NCBI GenBank assembly: GCA_030699125.1
Contig: JAUYKM010000009.1
Span: forward strand, 6,358-70,357
Source: Candidatus Daviesbacteria bacterium
GTDB lineage: Bacteria; Patescibacteriota; Microgenomatia; Daviesbacterales; UBA10151
Direction: 5' to 3'
DNA length: 64,000 nucleotides
The position numbers and the translations under genes are program-made. Positions 8,779 through 18,533 of this stretch are shown piece after piece. Numbering within the stretch: position 1 is the first letter of the stretch; each line of letters starts with the position of its first letter. The notes beneath the pieces were generated by a model. The model was not told the origin of the DNA, made no database searches, and was given only the letters and a program-made list of their open reading frames with translations.

Positions 8779-10128
8779 ATGCAAGATATGCAGAATCGCA
8801 CGTTAATTTTGGATTGTAAAGAAAAAATTGGTCAAGATGTAGTCATCTGTGGATTTGTTCAAGTCAGACGTGACCATGGAAAAATTTTATTTCTTGATGT
8901 TGCTGATAGATCTGGAATTATTCAGGTCGTTTTAGGTGGAGGTAAGGGAACTGATTTAAGGCCTCAAGATGTAGTTAAAATTTCTGGCAAGGTTAATAAA
9001 AGACCAGAACATATGGTCAACAAAAATATCCCCACTGGTGAAATAGAAATTTATTCGGAAAAGTTGGAAGTTTTATCAAAAGCGCAGGAATTGCCATTTG
9101 ACATGGGAGGAAAAGATTTAGATCTACAACTCCCAACACTTTTAGATTTCAGGTCCTTAACTTTACGTCACCCAAAAGTTAAAGCAATTTTTAAAGTTCA
9201 AGCTGCAATTTTGGATGGATTCAGAAAAGCCGCAAAAGATTTAGGGTGTACAGAAATTATAGCCCCTACTATTGTGGCCGGGGCCACAGAAGGAGGAGCA
9301 GAGGTTTTCAAAATTGATTATTTTGAACACAAAGCTTATCTTTCCCAGTCCCCTCAACTTTATAAACAAATGTTAGTTCCTGTATATGAGCGGGTTTTCA
9401 CAATAGCCAAAGCTTATAGAGCTGAACCTTCTGTTACAACAAGACATCTAACAGAAGCAACTCAAATGGATGTGGAAATGGGTTTTGTGGAATTTGAAGA
9501 TTTGCTGGATGGTCTGGAGGGAGTTGCTACCAAGATGTTAAAAATAGCAGAAGAAGAGCAATCGGAAGATTTAAAAGAATTCGGTGTTGAAAAAATTGCT
9601 TTTGGCGGAATTCCAAGACTGACATTAAGAGAAGCTCAGGAGGTAATAAAAAAAGAATTTGGACGGGATAATACCAAAGAGAAGGATTTAACTCCGCAAG
9701 ATGAAACAGATCTTTGTAAGTGGGCTTTACTAAAACATAAATCTGACTTTGTAACAGTGACTCATTTTCCAACTTCTGCTAAGCCGTTTTATACAAAACC
9801 AGATCCAAAGGATCCGGAGTATTCGCTTAGTTATGACTTACTTTTTAGAGGAGTGGAAATTTTAAGTGGTAGTCAGCGTATTAATGATTATCAGCAACTT
9901 TTGGATAGTATAAAAAAACGTGGAATGAATCCTGAAAATTTTGAAATGTATCTACAAGCTTTTAAGTATGGTATGCCTCCAGAAGGTGGATTTTCTTTCG
10001 GATTAGAAAGAGTCACCATGCATGTTTTAGGCTTGGCAAATATTAGACAAGCATCTCTTTTTCCCAGAGATATGGAAAGAGTGGATATAAGATTAACTCA
10101 AAACTCAAAACTCAAAACTCAAAAGTGA
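8779..10128 (+). CDS. aspS: Aspartate--tRNA ligase, archaeal/eukaryal type (possibly non-discriminating Asp/Asn)
   Basis: 449 aa class IIb. ATEGGAEVF, QSPQLYKQ, EMYLQAFKYGMPPEGGFSFGLERV and LFPRD match archaeal-type AspRS motifs. Confidence 0.75.
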   Translation: MQDMQNRTLILDCKEKIGQDVVICGFVQVRRDHGKILFLDVADRSGIIQVVLGGGKGTDLRPQDVVKISGKVNKRPEHMVNKNIPTGEIEIYSEKLEVLSKAQELPFDMGGKDLDLQLPTLLDFRSLTLRHPKVKAIFKVQAAILDGFRKAAKDLGCTEIIAPTIVAGATEGGAEVFKIDYFEHKAYLSQSPQLYKQMLVPVYERVFTIAKAYRAEPSVTTRHLTEATQMDVEMGFVEFEDLLDGLEGVATKMLKIAEEEQSEDLKEFGVEKIAFGGIPRLTLREAQEVIKKEFGRDNTKEKDLTPQDETDLCKWALLKHKSDFVTVTHFPTSAKPFYTKPDPKDPEYSLSYDLLFRGVEILSGSQRINDYQQLLDSIKKRGMNPENFEMYLQAFKYGMPPEGGFSFGLERVTMHVLGLANIRQASLFPRDMERVDIRLTQNSKLKTQK

Positions 10129-11045
10129 GAACCTACCTTTATTCTACTGGATTAATTTTGATAGCCATTATTATTATCCTCACCATCCCTGTGGTAGTCA
10201 ATCTGACAGAAGAAACTTTAATCAGTTTTCAGATTCCCAAGAATAATTCTGCAGTTGCCGGCATTCAAAAATTTAATACTCTGCCCGTATCTCAAAATTT
10301 GCCTTTCCCTCAAAGTAGTGCTCGGGCAATTTTGATAAAAGATTTAGCAACAGACAGCATTCTATACCAGAAGGATATCAATATTCCTTTGCCACCTGCT
10401 TCTACTACTAAGGTGATGACAGCCTTGGTGGCTTCTGAATATTTTAAACCTAACTCAGTTTTAACTGTGATGGATGGAGCCCAAATTGATGGTTCTAAGG
10501 TGGGTTTATTTGAAGGAGAAGACTTAAATTTCAGATCGCTTCTTTATGGGATGTTACTTTCTTCAGGTAATGATGCAGCCTTTACCATTGCTGAAAACTA
10601 TCCGGGTGGAATTTTGGGATTTATCTCTTCCATGAATAAAAAAGCAGCTGGCCTTGATTTAAAAAACACTCATTTTGATAATCCGGCAGGTTTTGATAGC
10701 CCCAATCAATATTCCTCAGCTTCGGATTTAGCCAAAATTACCCAAGCTGCCTTGAAAGATTCTCAACTTGCCCGGATTTTTGCCACCAAAGAAACAGAAA
10801 TTGTTTCATTAGATAAAAAATATAATCATACATTGGTTAATTTAAATAGACTGCTGTCTCAAGTAAAAGGGGTATTGGGTGTAAAAACCGGCAAAACTGA
10901 AGCTGCCAAAGAAAATCTGATTACTTTGGTGGAAAGAGAAAAACATCCAATTTTGGTAGTGATATTGGGAAGCGATGATAGATTTGGTGAATCAACAAAT
11001 ATTATTGAATGGACGTATTCTAATTATCTTTGGCCAGATCCTTAA
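10125..11045 (+). CDS. D-alanyl-D-alanine carboxypeptidase (peptidase S11, PBP5-like)
   Basis: SxxK (ASTTKVM), SGN (SSGNDAA) and KTG (VKTGKT) motifs. N-terminal TM. Confidence 0.8.
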   Translation: MRTYLYSTGLILIAIIIILTIPVVVNLTEETLISFQIPKNNSAVAGIQKFNTLPVSQNLPFPQSSARAILIKDLATDSILYQKDINIPLPPASTTKVMTALVASEYFKPNSVLTVMDGAQIDGSKVGLFEGEDLNFRSLLYGMLLSSGNDAAFTIAENYPGGILGFISSMNKKAAGLDLKNTHFDNPAGFDSPNQYSSASDLAKITQAALKDSQLARIFATKETEIVSLDKKYNHTLVNLNRLLSQVKGVLGVKTGKTEAAKENLITLVEREKHPILVVILGSDDRFGESTNIIEWTYSNYLWPDP

Positions 11046-11046
11046 T

Positions 11047-12036
11047 TTAATCTTGGATAGCTGAAACATAAGAAACAAATTGAGGACCCTCAAATATATA
11101 AATCGGCAAAAGATACGCCGAATATTCATCAGTTAAATAATATCCCAATGAGACGGAAGTGATTGAGACTTGCGACTTGTCCGGTTCAATAACCACTACC
11201 CCTCTTCCTAATTTTAAATCTTCAAACGCTTGTTGAGGAAGTTTAGTCGGGTATGTGGCAAAAGTTGTTTCATCAATTTGCCAGGTAATTAAGTTTATAG
11301 AAAGATAATTTGCCAGTTCCCGGGCAGATCCTTTGACAGTAGCATTTACCAAGGATTTATTAAAATCCGGAGTATAAATTGTTCTTCCATCAATAGCGTT
11401 AGGCCATAAAGAGATTTGGGCATGGTCGGCCTCATTTTTTAAAGCAATTACTTTTGCCTCCTCTCCAATATTTTGGTTGGGAGTATCAAGACTATTAAGC
11501 ATTTTTTTAAAATCGTTTATTAGTTGTTCATCCGGATCCAATCCCTCACTATCTTCAGGCAAGATATTATTGGTAAATTTAAAATTTCCGCTATCCAGAT
11601 CAACTGTTAATGTTTTCCCCAAATCCTCAAAACGATACTGAGTTTCAGATAAAATTTGAGGCTCAGAGACAATATTTAATTTTTGAGCCAAAAATTTGCT
11701 TTTATCCGGAGCAAGCAAAGTGGCATAAGGCTTGGGAATAAAAAAAACCTTAATCAGTTTATCAAATCCTGGATCCTCTCCTAGAGTGGGTAAGTTGCCG
11801 GTGACAGTATCTATGGAATAGCTAAAATTGGAACTGGAAACTGAGGCTTTAGGAAAATTTGGCTCTGGTAGTTTCCCAAAAAGCAGATCTGCTTTTTCTT
11901 CTGGTGGGAGAATTTGGGAAATATTATAATTGGTCCAAATTCGGTAACCTAAAAAGCCTGAAATGGCCAGGATTAAAAAGATAATAGAAAAAAATATCAG
12001 CTGTTTAACTATAATGGCAGTTTGAGTTAGAGTCAC
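11047..12036 (-). CDS. Hypothetical membrane-anchored or secreted protein
   Basis: 329 aa. N-terminal TM (IFFSIIFLILAISGFLGY). No recognisable domain. Confidence 0.45.
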   Translation of the reverse strand: MTLTQTAIIVKQLIFFSIIFLILAISGFLGYRIWTNYNISQILPPEEKADLLFGKLPEPNFPKASVSSSNFSYSIDTVTGNLPTLGEDPGFDKLIKVFFIPKPYATLLAPDKSKFLAQKLNIVSEPQILSETQYRFEDLGKTLTVDLDSGNFKFTNNILPEDSEGLDPDEQLINDFKKMLNSLDTPNQNIGEEAKVIALKNEADHAQISLWPNAIDGRTIYTPDFNKSLVNATVKGSARELANYLSINLITWQIDETTFATYPTKLPQQAFEDLKLGRGVVVIEPDKSQVSITSVSLGYYLTDEYSAYLLPIYIFEGPQFVSYVSAIQD

Positions 12037-12061
12037 ACATCAATTATACTATTCCCATCAT

Positions 12062-13369
12062 ATGGAAGTTAGAGTCAGATTGGCGCCATCACCAACCGGT
12101 TCACCTCACATTGGCACTGCCTGGCAGGCGCTTTTTGATTATGTCTTTGCCAAAAAAATGAGTGGTAAGTTTATTTTAAGGCTTGAGGATACTGATCAGG
12201 CAAGATATGTTCCCGAGTCTGAAAAAGAAATTTATGAAACCTTAAAATGGTTAGGCTTTGAATATGATGAAGGACCGAATATAGGAGGACAATTTGGACC
12301 TTATAAACAATCGGAAAGATTAGAAATTTATAAAAAATATGCAGAAGAATTAAAGGAGAAAAATTTAACCTTAGAAGATGAAGGAGCCATCAGGTTTAAA
12401 ACTAAAAAGATAGGAGAAACTAAATGGCATGATCTGGTGGGGGATAAAGATATTATTTTTCCCAATAACACCCAGGAAGATTTTGTGATTATAAAATCAG
12501 ATAGTTACCCCACCTATAATTTTGCCAATGTAGTAGATGATCATCTAATGGAAATAACTCACGTTATTCGCGGCAATGAATTTATATCTTCCACCCCCAA
12601 ACATCTGATGTTATATCAAGCTTTTGGTTGGACTCCACCCCAGTTTGCCCACTTACCTGTCTTGGTGGGAGCCGATCGGGCCAAACTTTCCAAAAGACAT
12701 GGGGCTAAAGGAGCTTTGGAGTATAAAAAAGATGGATATCTAAAAGAGGCCATTATCAATTTTTTAGCCCTGTTGGGTTGGTCTCATCCTGAGGAAAAAG
12801 AAATTTTTTCTTTGGAGGAAATGATTAAAGTATTTGATTTTAAACAATTTAACCCATCCTCTGCTTTCTTTGATGAAACAAAATTGGAATGGCTTAATGG
12901 TGAATACATTAGGAATATGTCTAATGAGGAACTAGAGAAGAGATTGGATGATTTTTTAGTAGACCATCCTGCCAAAGGAAAATTAAAATCGGTTATTCCT
13001 CTTGTTAAAGATAGAATAAAAAAATTATCAGATTTCGTACCCTTAACTGACTTTTTGTGGGAGAGTCCTGAATATGATAGAGAAATATTTGAAAGTTTAA
13101 AAATTCAAGATTTAAGATTAATGATGGATAAAGTTATTCAAGAGCTGGAAAATATGCAAAAACCTTGGAATGCCAAAAATTTTGAGCAAGTTTTCAGAAA
13201 ACTGGCAGAGCAAGAAAAAATCTCAGTAACTCAGATGTTTCAACTGCTCCGGGTGGCCATTTCTGGCCAATTGGTTACTCCGCCCCTTTTTGAAAGTATC
13301 CAAATTCTAAAGGAAGAAGAGACTATAAACAGGGTAAAAGAAGCTATAGGGTTTGTTACTTCTTCCTAA
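12062..13369 (+). CDS. gltX: Glutamate--tRNA ligase
   Basis: HIGH variant PSPTGSPHIGTA and KMSKS variant KLSKRHGA. 435 aa. Confidence 0.85.
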   Translation: MEVRVRLAPSPTGSPHIGTAWQALFDYVFAKKMSGKFILRLEDTDQARYVPESEKEIYETLKWLGFEYDEGPNIGGQFGPYKQSERLEIYKKYAEELKEKNLTLEDEGAIRFKTKKIGETKWHDLVGDKDIIFPNNTQEDFVIIKSDSYPTYNFANVVDDHLMEITHVIRGNEFISSTPKHLMLYQAFGWTPPQFAHLPVLVGADRAKLSKRHGAKGALEYKKDGYLKEAIINFLALLGWSHPEEKEIFSLEEMIKVFDFKQFNPSSAFFDETKLEWLNGEYIRNMSNEELEKRLDDFLVDHPAKGKLKSVIPLVKDRIKKLSDFVPLTDFLWESPEYDREIFESLKIQDLRLMMDKVIQELENMQKPWNAKNFEQVFRKLAEQEKISVTQMFQLLRVAISGQLVTPPLFESIQILKEEETINRVKEAIGFVTSS

Positions 13370-13400
13370 ATTTGCTATTTTGTGGTAGAATTGTTCCAAT

Positions 13401-13754
13401 ATGGAAGACGGACGTTGGCTTAGATTTTTAACTATCGGTCTTGTACTGACAGCCCTGGTAGTGGGGTATTTTATTGTCACCGGCAGATTTTCTGCCAGAC
13501 AGGAGAACGTGGTTGAGGAGCAGCAACAAACAGAAGTCGCTCAAACTGAAAATGCTGAAGAAGAGGTTTTGGGAGAGGATGCGCAAGTGTCTCAAGCATC
13601 TCCTACTCCCAAATCTGCATATGATGCAATTGCCCAAAGATCCAAAGGCGGGGTGGAGGAATTGCCAAAAACAGGATTCCCTCTATATCTTTGGAGCGTA
13701 ATTTCCGTATCAGCCCTCATTGCCGGCTGGGGCCTCCGCAAATTCCCTAATTAA
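13401..13754 (+). CDS. Small cell-surface protein with a C-terminal LPXTG-like sorting signal
   Basis: N-terminal TM, an acidic Gln/Glu-rich middle, and a C-terminal LPKTG followed by a hydrophobic stretch and an RKFPN tail. Confidence 0.5.
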   Translation: MEDGRWLRFLTIGLVLTALVVGYFIVTGRFSARQENVVEEQQQTEVAQTENAEEEVLGEDAQVSQASPTPKSAYDAIAQRSKGGVEELPKTGFPLYLWSVISVSALIAGWGLRKFPN

Positions 13755-14072
13755 AATATCAGTTAGTTCTGGTCGATTATATTGGAAATTATTATTTAGG
13801 GATTATTTAAGATATTTCCAGTAACTGAATAAATTAACTTAATTTGGATAATCAATAAAACTACAGTAACTACAAGAAAAATTAAAGCATATTTTGACCA
13901 GTGAAACTTTTTCTTAAAAATATCAATTACTATACTTATTATTAACATAATTACACTCAAAGGTATTGCCCAAGGTGTTATATGGGAAAGTATTATGGTA
14001 ACTGATAATGGAATATCTATTTGAATTTATTATACCAGAAGTTCTAAATTTTTTGTGCTAAAATTGACACAT

Positions 14073-14146
14073 TGCGGGATCGTCTAATGGTAGGACAACA
14101 GGCTCTGAACCTGTTTATCTTGGTCCGAATCCAAGTCCCGCAGCCA
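14073..14146 (+). tRNA. tRNA-Gln (anticodon CUG)
   Basis: Folded by hand. Acceptor TGCGGGA/TCCCGCA with U1-A72, D-stem GTCT/GGAC, anticodon stem ACAGG/CCTGT, loop CTCTGAA, T-stem CTTGG/CCAAG, discriminator G and an encoded CCA. Confidence 0.85.
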
Positions 14147-14327
14147 AGATTACGAAATCCTGATGTTTCAAGCTAACCAACACCCGGTGTTGACAAAAGT
14201 GTTGACAAAATCATCTTATGACACACATGGTATGTAATTTTAATGGTGTGGGTTAATATACCCAGTAATTTTTGCAAAAGGATTGAATTTGCCACCTGAA
14301 ATTATGAAGTTATGATACACTGGACAA

Positions 14328-14642
14328 GTGATAAATCCAGAAATAGCTAATAAGTGGATTTTGAGAACAAGAAAAGGATTTGATGTGACTATAGACTCTA
14401 GGGATAGTATGGAAGGCCTATCTTGGGATATATTACGAAAATGGCAAAAAGAATTTCAAGAGGATTTTTGCAAAGATTGCATAAATTTCGACTTAGATAG
14501 ACAATATTTTATTAACAAAGACCACCCAAATAATCTACAGGATTGTATTTCTCATTGGACAGATATTGTTGGGGTATGTTGGAATTTTAAACACCGGGTA
14601 ACCGGGGAAAGCATTGATCAACTATTACGGAGTTTTAAATAA
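14328..14642 (+). CDS. Hypothetical protein (104 aa, Cys/His/Trp-rich)
   Basis: ORF followed by a GC hairpin terminator. Confidence 0.35.
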   Translation: MINPEIANKWILRTRKGFDVTIDSRDSMEGLSWDILRKWQKEFQEDFCKDCINFDLDRQYFINKDHPNNLQDCISHWTDIVGVCWNFKHRVTGESIDQLLRSFK

Positions 14643-14668
14643 TCTAAATCTATCAACCCACAAAAAAA

Positions 14669-14690
14669 CTCGCGCGAGGCGAGTTTTCTT
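14669..14690 (+). terminator. Intrinsic terminator built from a GC-rich CGAGGCGAG-family palindrome (CTCGCGCGAGGCGAG followed by TTTTCTT)
   Basis: Stem CTCGC/GCGAG, then a T-run. The same motif is inserted inside two CDSs elsewhere in the window. Confidence 0.5.
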
Positions 14691-14805
14691 GCAAACTTGC
14701 TATTATACAAGCAACAAAATTTATAACAGAATGAAATTTTCCCGTCAAGTATAACAAACCGGATCATCTATTTACTATTGGGTTTTTACTATTTAAAATG
14801 AGTCT

Positions 14806-15261
14806 ATGGTGGTTTATCTGGCAACAGATCATGCAGGGCTTGAATTAAAAGAAAAAGTTAAAAAATTTCTGCAAGATTCAGGGTATGAAGTGGTAGATTG
14901 TGGTGCACATCAGCTTGATCCAGAAGATGATTACCCTGATTTTATCTCCAAAGCTGCCGAAGCCGTTTCTAAAAATCCGGATTCTAAGGCCATAATCTTG
15001 GGAGGTTCAGGCCAGGGAGAAGCAATGGTTGCCAATAAATTCTCAGAAGTGAGGGCTGTTGTTTATTATGGTGGACAACTGGAGATGCCAGAATTAACCC
15101 GTCAACATAATGATGCCAATATTTTATCATTGGGAGCCAGATTTGTTACGGAAGAAGATGCCCTGAAAGCTGTTAAATTATTTTTGGATACTTCTTTTAC
15201 CAATGAAGAAAGACACATCAGAAGAATTAAGAAGATTAAAAAAATAGAAGAGTCTCACTAA
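14806..15261 (+). CDS. rpiB: Ribose-5-phosphate isomerase B
   Basis: 151 aa LacAB/RpiB fold. VVYLATDHAGLELKEK N-terminus. Confidence 0.85.
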   Translation: MVVYLATDHAGLELKEKVKKFLQDSGYEVVDCGAHQLDPEDDYPDFISKAAEAVSKNPDSKAIILGGSGQGEAMVANKFSEVRAVVYYGGQLEMPELTRQHNDANILSLGARFVTEEDALKAVKLFLDTSFTNEERHIRRIKKIKKIEESH

Positions 15262-15908
15262 TGGTTCAAATCTTACCCACGATATTTGCTAAAACTGAAG
15301 AAGATTACAAGAAACAAATCCATCAGGTAGAATTAAGCGGTGCCTTTAAAGATGGATGGGTTCAAATTGACCTGATGGACAATAAATTTGTTCCCAACTT
15401 AAGTATTGATCTTGATATAGTGGCAAAATACCCTATTAATTCACGAAAGGAAGCACAACTTATGGTGGCAGAGCCCCAAAATTGGATTGACAGATTAGCT
15501 ATATTAGGATTTGTGAGAATTATTTTTCCAATTGAAATAGGAAATACTGACCAACTGATAGAAAAAATAACAGTTCATCAAATTCAGGTAGGCTTATCAA
15601 TTAATCCTGATACTGATGTTGATAAACTGTTTGAGTTTCTTGATAAAATAAACTTAGTGTTGGTAATGGGAGTTCACCCGGGTTTTCAAGGCCAGAAGTT
15701 CATACCGGAAACTTTAGATAAAATTAGAAAGCTGGCAGATTTAAAATCAAAATATAATTTTCTAATTGGAGAAGATGGGGGAATCAACCCTGAGACAGTG
15801 AAGGGTTTAGTAGAAGCAGGAGTGGATAATTTAGCAGTGGGCTCGTATCTTTTTAAAGGGGACATTAATGAAAATTTAGAGAATTTATGGGGAGTAATTA
15901 ATGGATAA
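15261..15908 (+). CDS. rpe: Ribulose-phosphate 3-epimerase
   Basis: QIDLMDNKFVPNLSI, a VMGVHPGFQGQKF-like segment and EDGGINPETV. 215 aa. Confidence 0.8.
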   Translation: MVQILPTIFAKTEEDYKKQIHQVELSGAFKDGWVQIDLMDNKFVPNLSIDLDIVAKYPINSRKEAQLMVAEPQNWIDRLAILGFVRIIFPIEIGNTDQLIEKITVHQIQVGLSINPDTDVDKLFEFLDKINLVLVMGVHPGFQGQKFIPETLDKIRKLADLKSKYNFLIGEDGGINPETVKGLVEAGVDNLAVGSYLFKGDINENLENLWGVING

Positions 15909-16548
15909 TCAAAATAGTTTGAAAGCAGAAAGTATAAGTAGAGTGGCTATTTTTGGCTATGCTGATGCCAAAGAAGGAGATGAACTTTTTACTTCGGTGG
16001 TGGAGGTGACCAAAGCGCTGGCTCAGACCGGCTATATCGTGGTGGACGGAGGAGGACCGGGAGTAATGATGGCTGCCTCAAGAGGAGCAAAACTGGGCGG
16101 AGGAAAGGTGATTGGGGTGACTTTTTATCCCAAAACCGCTATGAATTTTGAAGGTAGAGATCCCAAAAATGAAATTGATGAGGAGGTAATAACCCACTCT
16201 TATGTTGAAAGAACCTTGCGGCTTTTAGAAAGAGGACAAACTTTTGTTATTTTTAATGGAGGCACCGGGACCATTTCGGAATTTGGTATGGCCTGGGGAT
16301 TGGCCAGATTATATTTTGGTCATCATAAACCGCTAATTTTATATGGACAATTTTGGCCCCAGGTTATAGAAACTCTTAAGAAAAATATGAAAATCAGAGA
16401 AGAGGAACTCATGGTTTTTAAATATGCCAATTCCCCTCAGGAAGTGCTAAGTGCTATAGTAGAATTTGAAAGAGAAATTAAACAGGGAATTCATAAACAT
16501 TTAAGAATTGTGGGGGATACCCAAGGGGAAGGGTCCTTTACCCTGTAA
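15901..16548 (+). CDS. LOG family (TIGR00730) Rossmann-fold nucleotide-binding protein
   Basis: VVDGGGPGVMMAASRGA and GGTGTISEF motifs. Confidence 0.7.
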   Translation: MDNQNSLKAESISRVAIFGYADAKEGDELFTSVVEVTKALAQTGYIVVDGGGPGVMMAASRGAKLGGGKVIGVTFYPKTAMNFEGRDPKNEIDEEVITHSYVERTLRLLERGQTFVIFNGGTGTISEFGMAWGLARLYFGHHKPLILYGQFWPQVIETLKKNMKIREEELMVFKYANSPQEVLSAIVEFEREIKQGIHKHLRIVGDTQGEGSFTL

Positions 16549-16551
16549 CTT

Positions 16552-17409
16552 ATGTCAATTACTGCCCAAGATATTCATAAATTAGAAGAGAAGGCCGTTT
16601 TAATCCGGGAGGATATCATCAGGATGCTTCTGGAAGCTGGATCAGGTCATAGCGCCGGACCTTTAGGCATGGCTGATGTTTTCACTGCTTTATATTTTAA
16701 TATCTTAAAACATGACTCGGCCAAGCCGGATTGGGAGGAGCGGGATATGCTGGTATTATCCAACGGCCATATTTGTCCGGTTTGGTATGCCACCCTGGCT
16801 CACGCCGGTTATTTCCCTATTACGGAACTAAAAACATTGAGAAAGCTGGGTACTAGGCTGCAAGGACATCCTCACAGAGGGGCTTTACCTGGAGTAGAAA
16901 CAACTTCAGGTCCTCTCGGCAGTGGATTATCTCAAGCTTGCGGAATGGCTCTGGGACTGAGGATGGATAACTCCAGAAGATGGGTTTATTGTTTAATGTC
17001 TGACGGAGAGCAGGATGCCGGAAATACCTGGGAAGCAGTTTTATTTGCAGGAAAATATAAACTAAATAATTTAACTGCCATTATGGATAGAAATAATATC
17101 CAAATAGATGGGTTTACAGAGGATATTATGCCTTTGGAACCGATTAAAGAAAAATATGAGGCCTTTGGCTGGCATGTTCTGGAAATAGACGGACACAATA
17201 TGGAGGCTATTATTAATGCCTGCAATGAAGCCAAAGCTATTGTGGAAAAGCCGGTTTTAATCATTGCCCACACCATCCCAGGTAAAGGAGTTGATTTTAT
17301 GGAATATAAATTTGAATGGCATGGTAAACCACCGAATGCAGAAGAGGCCAAAAAAGCTTTATCAGAGTTAAGAACCCTGCAAGGTAAGATTAGGAGCGAG
17401 CATGAGTGA
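16552..17409 (+). CDS. Transketolase, N-terminal (TPP-binding) subunit
   Basis: GSGHSAGPLGMADV, GHPHRG and MSDGEQDAGNTWEA motifs. Split-transketolase architecture. Confidence 0.85.
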   Translation: MSITAQDIHKLEEKAVLIREDIIRMLLEAGSGHSAGPLGMADVFTALYFNILKHDSAKPDWEERDMLVLSNGHICPVWYATLAHAGYFPITELKTLRKLGTRLQGHPHRGALPGVETTSGPLGSGLSQACGMALGLRMDNSRRWVYCLMSDGEQDAGNTWEAVLFAGKYKLNNLTAIMDRNNIQIDGFTEDIMPLEPIKEKYEAFGWHVLEIDGHNMEAIINACNEAKAIVEKPVLIIAHTIPGKGVDFMEYKFEWHGKPPNAEEAKKALSELRTLQGKIRSEHE

Positions 17410-18385
17410 TCCACATCTTAATCCAAAATTGTTTGATGAGGATTGCGAACAAGTACCCTCCAGGAATGGTTATGGGGAAGGATTGGTTTTGGCTGGGGAG
17501 GAAAATAAAAATGTAGTGGCACTTTGTGCAGATTTAACTGAAAGTACAAGAACTCAAGCTTTTAAGGATAAATTTCCCGATAGATTTGTGGAAATGGGGG
17601 TAGCTGAACAAAATTTAGCCACCATTGCCTCTGGTATGGCTGCTGTTGGTAAAATCCCTTTTATTACCTCCTATGCCATGTTTTCTCCCGGCAGGAATTG
17701 GGAACAAATTAGAACCACCATCTGTTATAACAACCAGCCGGTTAAAATTATCGGTTCCCATGCCGGAATTTCTGTAGGTCCGGATGGAGCCACCCATCAA
17801 GCCCTGGAAGATATGGCTATTACCCGAGCACTTCCCAATATGGTAGTAATTTGTCCTGCTGATACAATTGAGGCCAGAAAAGCCACACTAGCAATTGCTC
17901 ACCTTGCCAAACCCTGTTATATTAGACTTTCCAGAGAGAAAGTGCCGGTAATTACCACAGAGCAGACTCCTTTTGAAATTGGCAAAGCTGAAATTTATCA
18001 CGAGGGTAAAGATGTAGCCATCATTGCTTGTGGCCAAATGGTATATAGAGCCTTAATAGCTGCGAAGGCATTAGAATCGCACAAAATTAGTGTTCGAGTA
18101 ATAAATTGCCACACTATTAAGCCTTTAGATAAAGATACTATACTAAAAGCTGCAGAAGAATGTGGGGCAATTGTAACTGTGGAAGAACATCAAATCCATG
18201 GAGGTTTAGGTTCAGCTGTGGCTGAGGTGGTATCACAAAATTTCCCGGTGCCTATAAAAATTATCGGAGTGGAAGATAGATTTGGTGAGTCTGGTGAACC
18301 AAATGAACTATTGGAAAAATTTGGACTAACTAAAGAAGCAATTGTCAAGGGTGTAACTTATGTTTTAAGAATGAAAGGAAAATAA
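17402..18385 (+). CDS. Transketolase, C-terminal (pyrimidine-binding) subunit
   Basis: FVEMGVAEQNL and SHAGISVGPDGATHQALEDMA motifs. 4-nt overlap with the upstream half. Confidence 0.85.
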   Translation: MSDPHLNPKLFDEDCEQVPSRNGYGEGLVLAGEENKNVVALCADLTESTRTQAFKDKFPDRFVEMGVAEQNLATIASGMAAVGKIPFITSYAMFSPGRNWEQIRTTICYNNQPVKIIGSHAGISVGPDGATHQALEDMAITRALPNMVVICPADTIEARKATLAIAHLAKPCYIRLSREKVPVITTEQTPFEIGKAEIYHEGKDVAIIACGQMVYRALIAAKALESHKISVRVINCHTIKPLDKDTILKAAEECGAIVTVEEHQIHGGLGSAVAEVVSQNFPVPIKIIGVEDRFGESGEPNELLEKFGLTKEAIVKGVTYVLRMKGK

Positions 18386-18523
18386 ATGGGCTGTGGATTA
18401 TGTAGTGAAACAATAGCCTCTTTGGCAACTGGCTTTATTTTTTTATTTTCTTTTATCTTCTCTATATTAACTCAACTCTTGGCAGCATCTATTGTTTGGT
18501 TAAAAGAAAAAATGTTACACTGA
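18386..18523 (+). CDS. Possible 45-aa hydrophobic mini-protein
   Basis: The ATG directly abuts the transketolase stop. One predicted TM (FIFLFSFIFSILTQLLAASIVW). Below the ORF-track length cutoff. Confidence 0.2.
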   Translation: MGCGLCSETIASLATGFIFLFSFIFSILTQLLAASIVWLKEKMLH

Positions 18524-18533
18524 ATTTATAGAC

